Positions 17,579 through 26,179 of a stretch of DNA of 64,000 nucleotides are shown here, piece after piece. Location: NCBI GenBank assembly GCA_965224485.1, contig CBDCZH010000015.1:96001-160000 (forward strand), in the 5' to 3' direction. Source of the DNA: Arcobacteraceae bacterium. Its GTDB lineage: Bacteria > Campylobacterota > Campylobacteria > Campylobacterales > Arcobacteraceae. The notes beneath the pieces were generated by a model. It saw only the letters and a program-made list of their open reading frames with translations. It was not told the DNA's origin and did not search any database. Numbering within the stretch: the stretch's first letter is position 1; every line of letters starts with the position of its first letter. Made by a program: the position numbers and the translations under genes.

Positions 17579-19704
17579 TAAAACTCTAAAGTACCTTCAA
17601 TAGCAAAATTAGCTTTTGAATCAAGTTCTGCATGAGATAAAACGGCAACATCTAAACCAAATTTTTCAAAAATTTCTGAAATTCTTTTTCTTAAACTTGG
17701 GTCTAGCACCATTGCAACTTTATTAAATCCTTTTGCTTCAACTTCTTCCATAAGCTCTTTTGTTTTTGTAACTAAATTATTTATTTCACCAATTGATAAC
17801 ATTAATTGAGAAACACCATGTTGTTCTTGTAGTTTACCTATAAACTGTTGCTCTAAGTCTGGTTTTAAAGTAATAATATGTAAAATATTATCATTTCCTT
17901 TAAACCTTTGAGTAATTAATCTATATAATTTTGATCTAACATGCTCAAGCAATACATCAGGTGCTTTAGTAAACTCAGCAATATCAGCAATTGCTTCAAT
18001 TATAGTTAACATATCAACGATAGGAATTTTCTCATGTAATAAATCTTTTGATACTTTTAATAAAGAACCATAAGAAGTAACCTTCATAGCTTCTTCAACA
18101 ACAATAGGGAAATCAGCTTTTAATCCATCAATTATATCAACTATATCTTGCCTTGTAATAATATCCTCAGCATGCTGTCTTATAACTTCTGAAAGATGAG
18201 TTGAGATAATAGTTGGGGCATCAACAACAGTAAAACCTTTCATTAAAGCTTCTTCTTTTAAATCTTCTTTAATCCAAGTAGCATCAAGATTAAAAACAGG
18301 TTCTTTTACTTTTAAACCTTTCATTTTTGCCCCAGCAATTCCACCCATGGCTAAAAGGTGCTCAATTTCAACCTTACCTGAAGCTAAAGGTATTCTTTTT
18401 AAATATAATTGATACTCATTAGCTCCAATACTAACATCATCTGATATTCTTATTTGTGGAATAATAAAACCAAGTTCACTTGCTACTGTTTTTCTAATAC
18501 CTTTAATTTTATCCAATAACTCAGAATTACCACGAACTAGTTGCAATAATCTAAGACCTAATTTAAGCTCTAATACTTCTAGTTTCATAATATTATCAAT
18601 TTGTTCTTTTTCATTTGGAGCATTTGCTAGTTTTTTATTTTTTAATTCTTCTAAAGAAGTGCTATTTTTAAGCATATTTCCTTTTTCATCTTTTTTATCT
18701 TTTGATTTAAAGAAATTAGTAATAGCGTTATCTTGATTATCTTCTATCATATATATGGTATAACCAATAAGTATCATACCAATACCCATAATCGCTAAAA
18801 TTCCAAAAGGAAAACCTGGAATTAATCCAAAAAGAATCATTCCAAAACCTACGAGAATTAATGCTTTTGAATCTTTAACTAATTGATTTATTACTTCTGT
18901 TGCAAACTTATCTTCATCTAAATTAGATCGTGTAATAATAATAGCTGTAGCAGTTGAAAGAATTAAGGCTGGTATTTGAGCAACTAAACCATCACCAATT
19001 GTTAAAATTGTATATATCTCTCCACTCTCAGCTACTGATAAATCATGTTGAAAAAGACCTATTAGAAGTCCTCCAATTAAATTTACAATAGTAATTACAA
19101 TACCAGCAACTGCATCACCTTTAATAAACTTAGAAGACCCATCCATTGCCCCATAAAAATTTGCTTCTGAAATAAGTGTTTTTCTTCTTTGCTGTGCTTC
19201 TATATCATCAATAAATCCAGCATTTAAATCAGCATCAATTGCCATTTGTTTCCCAGGCATAGAATCAAGTGTAAACCTTGCAGTTACTTCAGCAACTCTA
19301 GTTGCACCTTTTGTTACAACCATAAAATTAATAAGTACTAAAATAATAAAAATAATAACACCAATTACAATATTTCCACCAACAACAAATTCACCAAAAG
19401 CAGCAATTATAGAACTAACTGCTTCTGGACCATTATGTCCTTCACTTAAAATAGACCTTGTAGTTGCTATATTTAAAGCAAGTCTAAAAAGGGCTAAAAT
19501 TAAAATAAGAGTAGGAAAAGTAGTTAAATCAGAGGGTTTTTGAATATATAAAGATATTAAAAGAATTAATAAACCTAAAGATAAAGATACAATTAAAAAG
19601 AAATCCAAAAGTAACTTTGGAAGTGGAACAATGATAATTGCTAAAATAGCAACCATCATTCCAACTACAATTAAATCTTTTGAAAATATCTTCTTTAGAT
19701 TCAT
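17578..19704 (-). CDS. flhA: Flagellar export protein FlhA
   Basis: FRLALNIATTR, RVAEVTARFTLDSMPGKQMAIDADLNAG, FYGAMDG, TIGDGLVAQIP. Confidence 0.98.
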   Translation of the reverse strand: MNLKKIFSKDLIVVGMMVAILAIIIVPLPKLLLDFFLIVSLSLGLLILLISLYIQKPSDLTTFPTLILILALFRLALNIATTRSILSEGHNGPEAVSSIIAAFGEFVVGGNIVIGVIIFIILVLINFMVVTKGATRVAEVTARFTLDSMPGKQMAIDADLNAGFIDDIEAQQRRKTLISEANFYGAMDGSSKFIKGDAVAGIVITIVNLIGGLLIGLFQHDLSVAESGEIYTILTIGDGLVAQIPALILSTATAIIITRSNLDEDKFATEVINQLVKDSKALILVGFGMILFGLIPGFPFGILAIMGIGMILIGYTIYMIEDNQDNAITNFFKSKDKKDEKGNMLKNSTSLEELKNKKLANAPNEKEQIDNIMKLEVLELKLGLRLLQLVRGNSELLDKIKGIRKTVASELGFIIPQIRISDDVSIGANEYQLYLKRIPLASGKVEIEHLLAMGGIAGAKMKGLKVKEPVFNLDATWIKEDLKEEALMKGFTVVDAPTIISTHLSEVIRQHAEDIITRQDIVDIIDGLKADFPIVVEEAMKVTSYGSLLKVSKDLLHEKIPIVDMLTIIEAIADIAEFTKAPDVLLEHVRSKLYRLITQRFKGNDNILHIITLKPDLEQQFIGKLQEQHGVSQLMLSIGEINNLVTKTKELMEEVEAKGFNKVAMVLDPSLRKRISEIFEKFGLDVAVLSHAELDSKANFAIEGTLEF

Positions 19705-19722
19705 ATATGTTATTTAGATAAA

Positions 19723-21072
19723 CTATTTAATAAAATTAACTAATGATAATGAACTCATTTTGTTAATAGTTGAATATAAAGCTGTATATGTCATTTCTAA
19801 AGATTTAGCTTCTATTGCTGCTTGTGTTAAATCAGCAGCACTTACATTTACTTGCATAATTTTATAATGATTTAATTTAGCAGAAATATTAGAAGCAGCT
19901 ATTTCAAAAACTTTGTTCTTTCCACCTAGTTTAGCATGTGCTACATTCATTCCATCAAAAGATTTGAGCATATGGTCAAGCTCAGCACTTAAAAGATCTC
20001 TTGTTTCTCCTGGTCCACTAGTTGGATTACCATCAGGTTTTTGATTTCTTAAAGCATGAATAATGTTATCTAAATCATCAAAAATATTATGTTTTGCATC
20101 AAAAACATTTCCTGGTGTTGAAATAGGATTTTGAAATTCAAAAACAGCAGGAGTTGAAGCAGTTGCTTCTTTTGTTTGAACTATATTTTTAAATTCATTT
20201 GTAATTTTACCTTCAATATCATGTTTGATAAGTTGACCTATACCTAAAGATATTGGAGTTGCTGGACTCGTAGGAACTGTTACATTATATGTACTTCCAG
20301 ATACTTGAGTTGCTGGAATTGTACCACCTAATCCATCTTCTAATTGAGGGATTCCTGCATTTAAAGTCCAAGATTTTCCACTTTCATCTAAAATTGGTTG
20401 AGAAGAATCAAAAGTAATAACATTTCCACTTGAAACAACAGGTGGTTTCTTCCACTCATTATTATCTTGATCAACTACTCGCTCATCTGCTGAAAAAGTA
20501 AGTTTATCACCATTATATGCTGTATCACTTGAATACATAGCCATATCAAAACCAGTAATACCTTTGTTTCTGTACTCATTATATTCAACAGCTACTCTTC
20601 TTGTATGTGCATCACCCATATAAGTAACTTTACCGTCTGCATCTTTTACAAAAGGAAGAACAGTAGAGTCTGATCCTGCAAATATATACTCGCCTTCAAC
20701 TTCTTCATTTGCCATCATAAATATATTATCTTTAACACCTTCAATATTTACAGCAATAGCTTCCCTTGAAGCAATATCTGTTCCTGCATTTAAAGATTTC
20801 ATTAATTCAGATTTCACGTAATCCATAAGTTCTTTAATTGAATTCATTGAAGAATCAGAAATAGTATTTTGAGCTTTTGTTTTATCAATTTGAAGCTTTA
20901 AACCTTTATATACTCTCATTTTGTCATTTACATAAACTTCTTGTGTAAAAACAGAAGTATCTTCACTTCCGAAATCAATTTTTTTATGTGAACTTAACTG
21001 AAAAGAAAGATGTATTTGTTTCTCATTTAAGTTAGAAAGTCGAAATAAGGTCTCACTCGTAGTGCTAATCAT
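19723..21072 (-). CDS. flgL: Flagellar hook-associated protein 3 FlgL
   Basis: Flagellin-like N and C termini, GEYIFAGS, C-terminal LSLVNFI. Confidence 0.85.
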   Translation of the reverse strand: MISTTSETLFRLSNLNEKQIHLSFQLSSHKKIDFGSEDTSVFTQEVYVNDKMRVYKGLKLQIDKTKAQNTISDSSMNSIKELMDYVKSELMKSLNAGTDIASREAIAVNIEGVKDNIFMMANEEVEGEYIFAGSDSTVLPFVKDADGKVTYMGDAHTRRVAVEYNEYRNKGITGFDMAMYSSDTAYNGDKLTFSADERVVDQDNNEWKKPPVVSSGNVITFDSSQPILDESGKSWTLNAGIPQLEDGLGGTIPATQVSGSTYNVTVPTSPATPISLGIGQLIKHDIEGKITNEFKNIVQTKEATASTPAVFEFQNPISTPGNVFDAKHNIFDDLDNIIHALRNQKPDGNPTSGPGETRDLLSAELDHMLKSFDGMNVAHAKLGGKNKVFEIAASNISAKLNHYKIMQVNVSAADLTQAAIEAKSLEMTYTALYSTINKMSSLSLVNFIK

Positions 21073-22375
21073 TATGTACCTCCATAAATAGTTTTAATAT
21101 GGTATCAAAACTGTATTCTTCATCAACTCCTTGGACTAAGAACTCTCTAATTTGTTCTTTTTTAGCCAAAGCTTTATCTAGTTCCTTGTCCATACCTTCT
21201 TTGTATGCACCAACACGAACTAAAACTTCATTCTCTTTTATTAATGATAATACTCTTTTTAGCTTTAAAAAACCTTTATAATGCTCACTACTTACTACTT
21301 TATCAATTACCCTTGATGCTGATTTTAATATATTTATAGGAGGATAAAAACCTTGTTCTGTTAAATCTCGTGTTAGAACAATATGTCCATCTAGAATTGA
21401 TCTACTTTGATCAGCAATTGGGTCATTCATATCATCACCATCAACTAAAATAGTAAAAAAAGCAGTAATAGATCCCTTAGCATTATTTCCAGCTCTCTCC
21501 ATAAGTTGTGGTAATAAAGCAAATACTGAAGGTGGATAACCTCTTGAAACAGGAGGTTCACCTGTACTTAAACCAATTTCTCTTTGCGCCATTGCAAATC
21601 TTGTTACTGAATCCATCATAAGTAGAACATCATGTCCTTTATCTCTAAAAAACTCAGCAATAGCCATAGCAGTAAAAGCACCATATTTACGCATTAAAGC
21701 CGATTCATCAGAAGTTGCTGCAATTATAATAGTATTTTCTAAATCGTTATTTAAATTATAATGAATAAATTCAGGGATTTCTCTTCCTCTCTCCCCTATC
21801 AAAGCTACAACTTTTATTTGAGCTTCACATCCTTTTACAATCATTCCCATTAAAGTAGACTTTCCAACACCACTTCCAGCAAAAATTCCTACTTTTTGAC
21901 CTTTTCCAGAAGTCAACATAGAATCAATAGCTTTAACCCCAGTCGAAAATCTTTCATCTATAATTCCACGCTCAAGTGCAGGCATTGATAATTTATTAAT
22001 AGGAGAGGTTTCTTCTAAATCTCTTATTTTCCCCTTATTATCAATGGGGTCACCTAAGGCATTTACAACACGACCTAATAAACCATAACCTGTTTTAACA
22101 CTAAGTCCATCTTTTTGCAAATAAACTTTATCATGTATTCTAAACCCATCAATAAAAGAAAAAGGAACAATAGTAAAAACTTCCGAATCAATTGAAGCTA
22201 CCATTCCTAAAACTGTATATAAATGTTGTTGGGATTCTATTTTAACAATATCTCCAACAGCAACCTCTAGACCAGAAGCTTTAATTGTAGTTGTACTAAT
22301 ATGTTTAATTCTACCAAAAGGAATAACTAAACTACTTGTGTCAATGGAATCTAAAAGTTCATCAATATTTATCAT
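21065..22375 (-). CDS. fliI: Flagellar export ATPase FliI
   Basis: GIFAGSGVGKS, LIGERGRE, DSVTRFAMAQRE, ERAG, DGHIVL; likely start at MINIDE. Confidence 0.97.
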   Translation of the reverse strand: MINIDELLDSIDTSSLVIPFGRIKHISTTTIKASGLEVAVGDIVKIESQQHLYTVLGMVASIDSEVFTIVPFSFIDGFRIHDKVYLQKDGLSVKTGYGLLGRVVNALGDPIDNKGKIRDLEETSPINKLSMPALERGIIDERFSTGVKAIDSMLTSGKGQKVGIFAGSGVGKSTLMGMIVKGCEAQIKVVALIGERGREIPEFIHYNLNNDLENTIIIAATSDESALMRKYGAFTAMAIAEFFRDKGHDVLLMMDSVTRFAMAQREIGLSTGEPPVSRGYPPSVFALLPQLMERAGNNAKGSITAFFTILVDGDDMNDPIADQSRSILDGHIVLTRDLTEQGFYPPINILKSASRVIDKVVSSEHYKGFLKLKRVLSLIKENEVLVRVGAYKEGMDKELDKALAKKEQIREFLVQGVDEEYSFDTILKLFMEVHND

Positions 22376-22376
22376 T

Positions 22377-24371
22377 TTACAACTTATCACACATATTTTT
22401 ATATAAAGAATCTTTTGTATTTTTAAGCTCTTTACACTTTAAAATATAATCATCTTTTTTAACATTATTTCCTAAATCTTCATATAAATTTATTAATTCA
22501 TAATACATTTGAGCTAAATCATTATCTTTTATTTTTCTTTTAATATCTAAACCTTCTAATAAATAATCCATAGATTTTTCTTTATTATTTTTATTTTTCT
22601 CATTTAAAGCAAGTTGGATCTCAACAAAAGGGCTATAAACCCTAGCTTTAAAATCTTTTTGCTTTTCATATAATTTATTTAAAATATCATAAGCAAAAAG
22701 ATTATTTTCCTTACTAAGTAAATATAAATAAAATTGATAATAAAAATCAATAATTAAAGGATTTTTTAAATTATCTTCAATATAGTTTTGTTTTTTTAAA
22801 GCATAAGCAAAAAACTTTTGCATTGAAACTGTATCTTCTTTAGAGCTTAAAATTAGAAATCTTTGTAAAAACTCTTTTGATAAGATATCTTCATTATTAA
22901 CCATATCAACTTTTGATGAAAAACCTAAAGCTTCATCATATAAACCTAAAGAAAAAGCAATTTTTTCTAAATACAAATAAACTTCAGCATCTCTTCTTGA
23001 ATTAAAAGTATCTTTTATAAGCTCATATGCTCTTTTATTTGGTACTTCTGTTAAACATTGAAAAAAATCAAACTTTTTTTCTTTATCTTCTACTAAAAGA
23101 AGAAGAGTTTTTCTTCTAACTTTTTTCAAGGCTTCATTTAAGTCAAAACATTTATTTTGAGCTAACAATTCTTTTATTCTTAAAATATTTATTTCATCAA
23201 AAATTGTTTCAACACTTTCATATCCAAACCTTTTTGTAATACTTGTTGAAATTGTTCTATATATTTTTTTTGCTTTTAAAATATAAGCAAATTTTTTATT
23301 TTCTTTATCATTTAATAATTCTTGCAATAAGATTTTTTGCTGCATTGATTGAGAATTTTTATACTTTTTAGACAAAGAAGCAGGTTTTATTTGACCTTCT
23401 CTCATCAAAATTTCATCAATTGACATTCTAATTTTTCTTGCATACATAGTTTTTGGATAAAAGTTTAAAACATCTTTATATAACTCTTTTGCTTTAAATA
23501 AATAATAATCAGTTTTATCATACATTAACATATATGTATTTGCTAACTTATATTTAAAATCTTCAATAGACTCATCTTTTGTGGTTTTTAACAAAAGTTC
23601 TTGAAGTATTTCGACTGCAAATTCTGGCATATTAGCTTTTATTAACTTATTTACTTTTTGTATTGCTAGATATGAATCATTTGCATAATATTCAATATTT
23701 TTTGTTAATACTTTTGAAACTAAATTATATGCTTTTTCCTTTTCATTATTTAAAATATACGTATCAAAAAGTTCATCTGCTACAATTGTAGCTATTAAAA
23801 TATTAGTAGTTTTTGTTAAGATTTCATATAAAACTTTTGTAGCTTTTTTATAAGATTTTGTATGTTTATAGACTTTAGCTAGATATATTTTACCATAAGC
23901 CTTAGTAATAGGATCATCAAAATTATTTATAATAGTAAGTGCAAAATATTTTGCATCATTAACTTTATTTACTCTAAGCTTTAACTCAACTAATAACATA
24001 TAAGCCTTAGGTAAATCAGAGTCTCTTATAACTGAATCATTAATAGCATGCTCTAACTCATCAGTTGCATCAAGTGCTATTCGTGTAAATTTTTTTTTAA
24101 TTGCTAATTGAGCATAAGCAATCATAATATCAGAATCTAATACCTTAACTCTATTTTGAAGTTTAAAAGCTAAAATCTGGTCATAAGCTTCATTGATTTT
24201 ACCCTCTTTTGCTTGATTTTTAACATGATTAATAATATCAAAACCATCAGAAATCGCTTGTTTTCTTTTCTCAGAAATTTGTGTTCCACTAGAATTTATA
24301 AAACCATAATAAAAATCTTTTTTTGCATTAAGAAAAGTAAGTGTTAATAAAATCAATAATATTTTTTTCAT
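22377..24371 (-). CDS. pflA: Periplasmic TPR protein, PflA-like motor scaffold
   Basis: Signal peptide plus TPR repeats; segments VLTKNIEYYAND, YSPFVE and C-terminal KC...LYKNMC resemble C. jejuni PflA as recalled; lies within the flagellar cluster. Confidence 0.65.
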   Translation of the reverse strand: MKKILLILLTLTFLNAKKDFYYGFINSSGTQISEKRKQAISDGFDIINHVKNQAKEGKINEAYDQILAFKLQNRVKVLDSDIMIAYAQLAIKKKFTRIALDATDELEHAINDSVIRDSDLPKAYMLLVELKLRVNKVNDAKYFALTIINNFDDPITKAYGKIYLAKVYKHTKSYKKATKVLYEILTKTTNILIATIVADELFDTYILNNEKEKAYNLVSKVLTKNIEYYANDSYLAIQKVNKLIKANMPEFAVEILQELLLKTTKDESIEDFKYKLANTYMLMYDKTDYYLFKAKELYKDVLNFYPKTMYARKIRMSIDEILMREGQIKPASLSKKYKNSQSMQQKILLQELLNDKENKKFAYILKAKKIYRTISTSITKRFGYESVETIFDEINILRIKELLAQNKCFDLNEALKKVRRKTLLLLVEDKEKKFDFFQCLTEVPNKRAYELIKDTFNSRRDAEVYLYLEKIAFSLGLYDEALGFSSKVDMVNNEDILSKEFLQRFLILSSKEDTVSMQKFFAYALKKQNYIEDNLKNPLIIDFYYQFYLYLLSKENNLFAYDILNKLYEKQKDFKARVYSPFVEIQLALNEKNKNNKEKSMDYLLEGLDIKRKIKDNDLAQMYYELINLYEDLGNNVKKDDYILKCKELKNTKDSLYKNMCDKL

Positions 24372-24374
24372 TTC

Positions 24375-25421
24375 CTAACCTTTTTTTAATTCAAATACAT
24401 AAGAGAATATTTCAGCAATCGCTTTGTAAAACTCTTCTGGAATAACTTGCTCAACTTCTAACTGATCATATAAAGCCCTTGCTAATGCAGGGTTTTCAAT
24501 AATTGGAATATCATTTTCTCTTGCTAAATCTTTTATTTTAATAGCAATAAAATCAATTCCTTTTGCAACAATTTTAGGCGCATTACTTACTTCATTATCA
24601 TACTTCATAGCAACAGCATAATGACTAGGATTAGTAATAACAACATCAGCATCAGGAACATTAGACATCATACGCTCCATAGCCATCTTCATTTGAATTC
24701 TTCTAATTCTAGCTTTTACTTCTGGATTACCTTCCATATTTTTATGTTCATCTTTAATCTCTTGCTTAGACATTTTTAAAGATTTAATATAATAATGTTT
24801 CGTAAAATAAAAATCTATTATAGCAAAAAGAAGTATAATAAATATTATTGCTGCTAAAAAATATGTTATTAAAAGAATCATCGTATCCATAGAAGCTGAT
24901 AATTCTTTATCCATCATTTCTAAAAACATTTCCCCTGTTAAAGATAAAAGAAGAATATTTACAAAAACAATTAAAGTTAATTTAGCTGTTAATTTTGAAG
25001 CTTCTAAAATTTTCTTTAAGGCAAAAAGAGATTTTAAACCTTTTATTGGGTCTAATTTAGCGAAATCCATTTTTAAAGGGTTTAAAAGCATTCCAAATTG
25101 AGCCCAATTAGCAGCAAGGGCTAAAAAAACAACTAGCATAAAAAAAGGTAATAAGACTGTAATGCCTGTTCTTACAAAGGTATAATAAAGTGAAGCATAC
25201 ACTTCAGGACTTAAATCTTCTTTTATGAAAGAAAAAGAGTATTTCATTAAATCTTGTATGGTTTTAAACATATGGGAAGAGTAAAATAGTAAATAAATAG
25301 TTCCAAATAAAATTGTAGTAGCTCCTACAATTTCAGCAGATTTACCTACATTACCCTCACTTCTAGCATCAGATATTTTTTTGGAGGTGGGTTCTTCTGT
25401 TTTATCATCATCATCAGCCAT
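24375..25421 (-). CDS. flhB: Flagellar export protein FlhB
   Basis: KTEEPT, KMSKQEIKDE..EGNP, NPSH autocleavage site, ENPALARALY. Confidence 0.97.
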   Translation of the reverse strand: MADDDDKTEEPTSKKISDARSEGNVGKSAEIVGATTILFGTIYLLFYSSHMFKTIQDLMKYSFSFIKEDLSPEVYASLYYTFVRTGITVLLPFFMLVVFLALAANWAQFGMLLNPLKMDFAKLDPIKGLKSLFALKKILEASKLTAKLTLIVFVNILLLSLTGEMFLEMMDKELSASMDTMILLITYFLAAIIFIILLFAIIDFYFTKHYYIKSLKMSKQEIKDEHKNMEGNPEVKARIRRIQMKMAMERMMSNVPDADVVITNPSHYAVAMKYDNEVSNAPKIVAKGIDFIAIKIKDLARENDIPIIENPALARALYDQLEVEQVIPEEFYKAIAEIFSYVFELKKG

Positions 25422-25429
25422 AACTTACC

Positions 25430-26179
25430 TTACTCAAATTTACTTAAAAAATAATTTGTAAAACTATCAGCAAAAATTTCCATACCTAACATCATAAAAA
25501 TGAAAATTAATGAAAATTTTAACTGAAAAGTAATCACAAAAGGAGAAAATGCAGGCATAGATTTTGTACCATAACCATAATACATATCAACAATAAAACC
25601 TATAAAAAATAAAGGAAAAGCAAATGCAAAAGAGAATGCAAACATTCTATTGATTTCATCAATAGCAATTCCTACCCCATCATATGAAAAAATATCAAAA
25701 GTTCCTAAAGTAATTAAAGAAAAACTTTTTGCTAAAATAACAAAAGTCATTTCATACATTCCTGTTTCAAAAAACAAAGCCAAAGAGATATAAAATAGCA
25801 ATCTTGCAACAATACCTTGCTGTGATCCAGAAGCAGGATCAAAAAAGTTTGCCATTGCTAAAGCTGTTGCATATCCAACAAATTCACCAATAATCTTTAC
25901 TGCTGAAAAAATGATATTTACAAGAAAAGAAGCTACTAAACCCAAAGAAATTTCAGAAAGCAAAGCTAAGACAAATTCATTTTCACTAATATTATTTTGT
26001 GTAGTAACTATTGGAAAAAGAAAAATTGTAATAAAAAAAGATAAACCTATTCTTACTTTAACAGGAACAGAAGGGTGTCCAAAAATTGGCATAAAAGCCA
26101 TAAAAGACAAAATTCTAGCTAAAAGAAGTAAAAACTTAAATAATACCTCTTCATTTAATAAAGATAATAAGGCTTCCAT
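25430..26179 (-). CDS. fliR: Flagellar export protein FliR
   Basis: ARI...PIFG...P.KVR, EISLG, FDP; multi-TM; upstream of flhB. Confidence 0.9.
   Translation of the reverse strand: MEALLSLLNEEVLFKFLLLLARILSFMAFMPIFGHPSVPVKVRIGLSFFITIFLFPIVTTQNNISENEFVLALLSEISLGLVASFLVNIIFSAVKIIGEFVGYATALAMANFFDPASGSQQGIVARLLFYISLALFFETGMYEMTFVILAKSFSLITLGTFDIFSYDGVGIAIDEINRMFAFSFAFAFPLFFIGFIVDMYYGYGTKSMPAFSPFVITFQLKFSLIFIFMMLGMEIFADSFTNYFLSKFE

Noticed and set aside
24620..24640. FlhB cleavage motif NPSH instead of NPTH
   Set aside because: Conservative change with the catalytic Asn-Pro intact.
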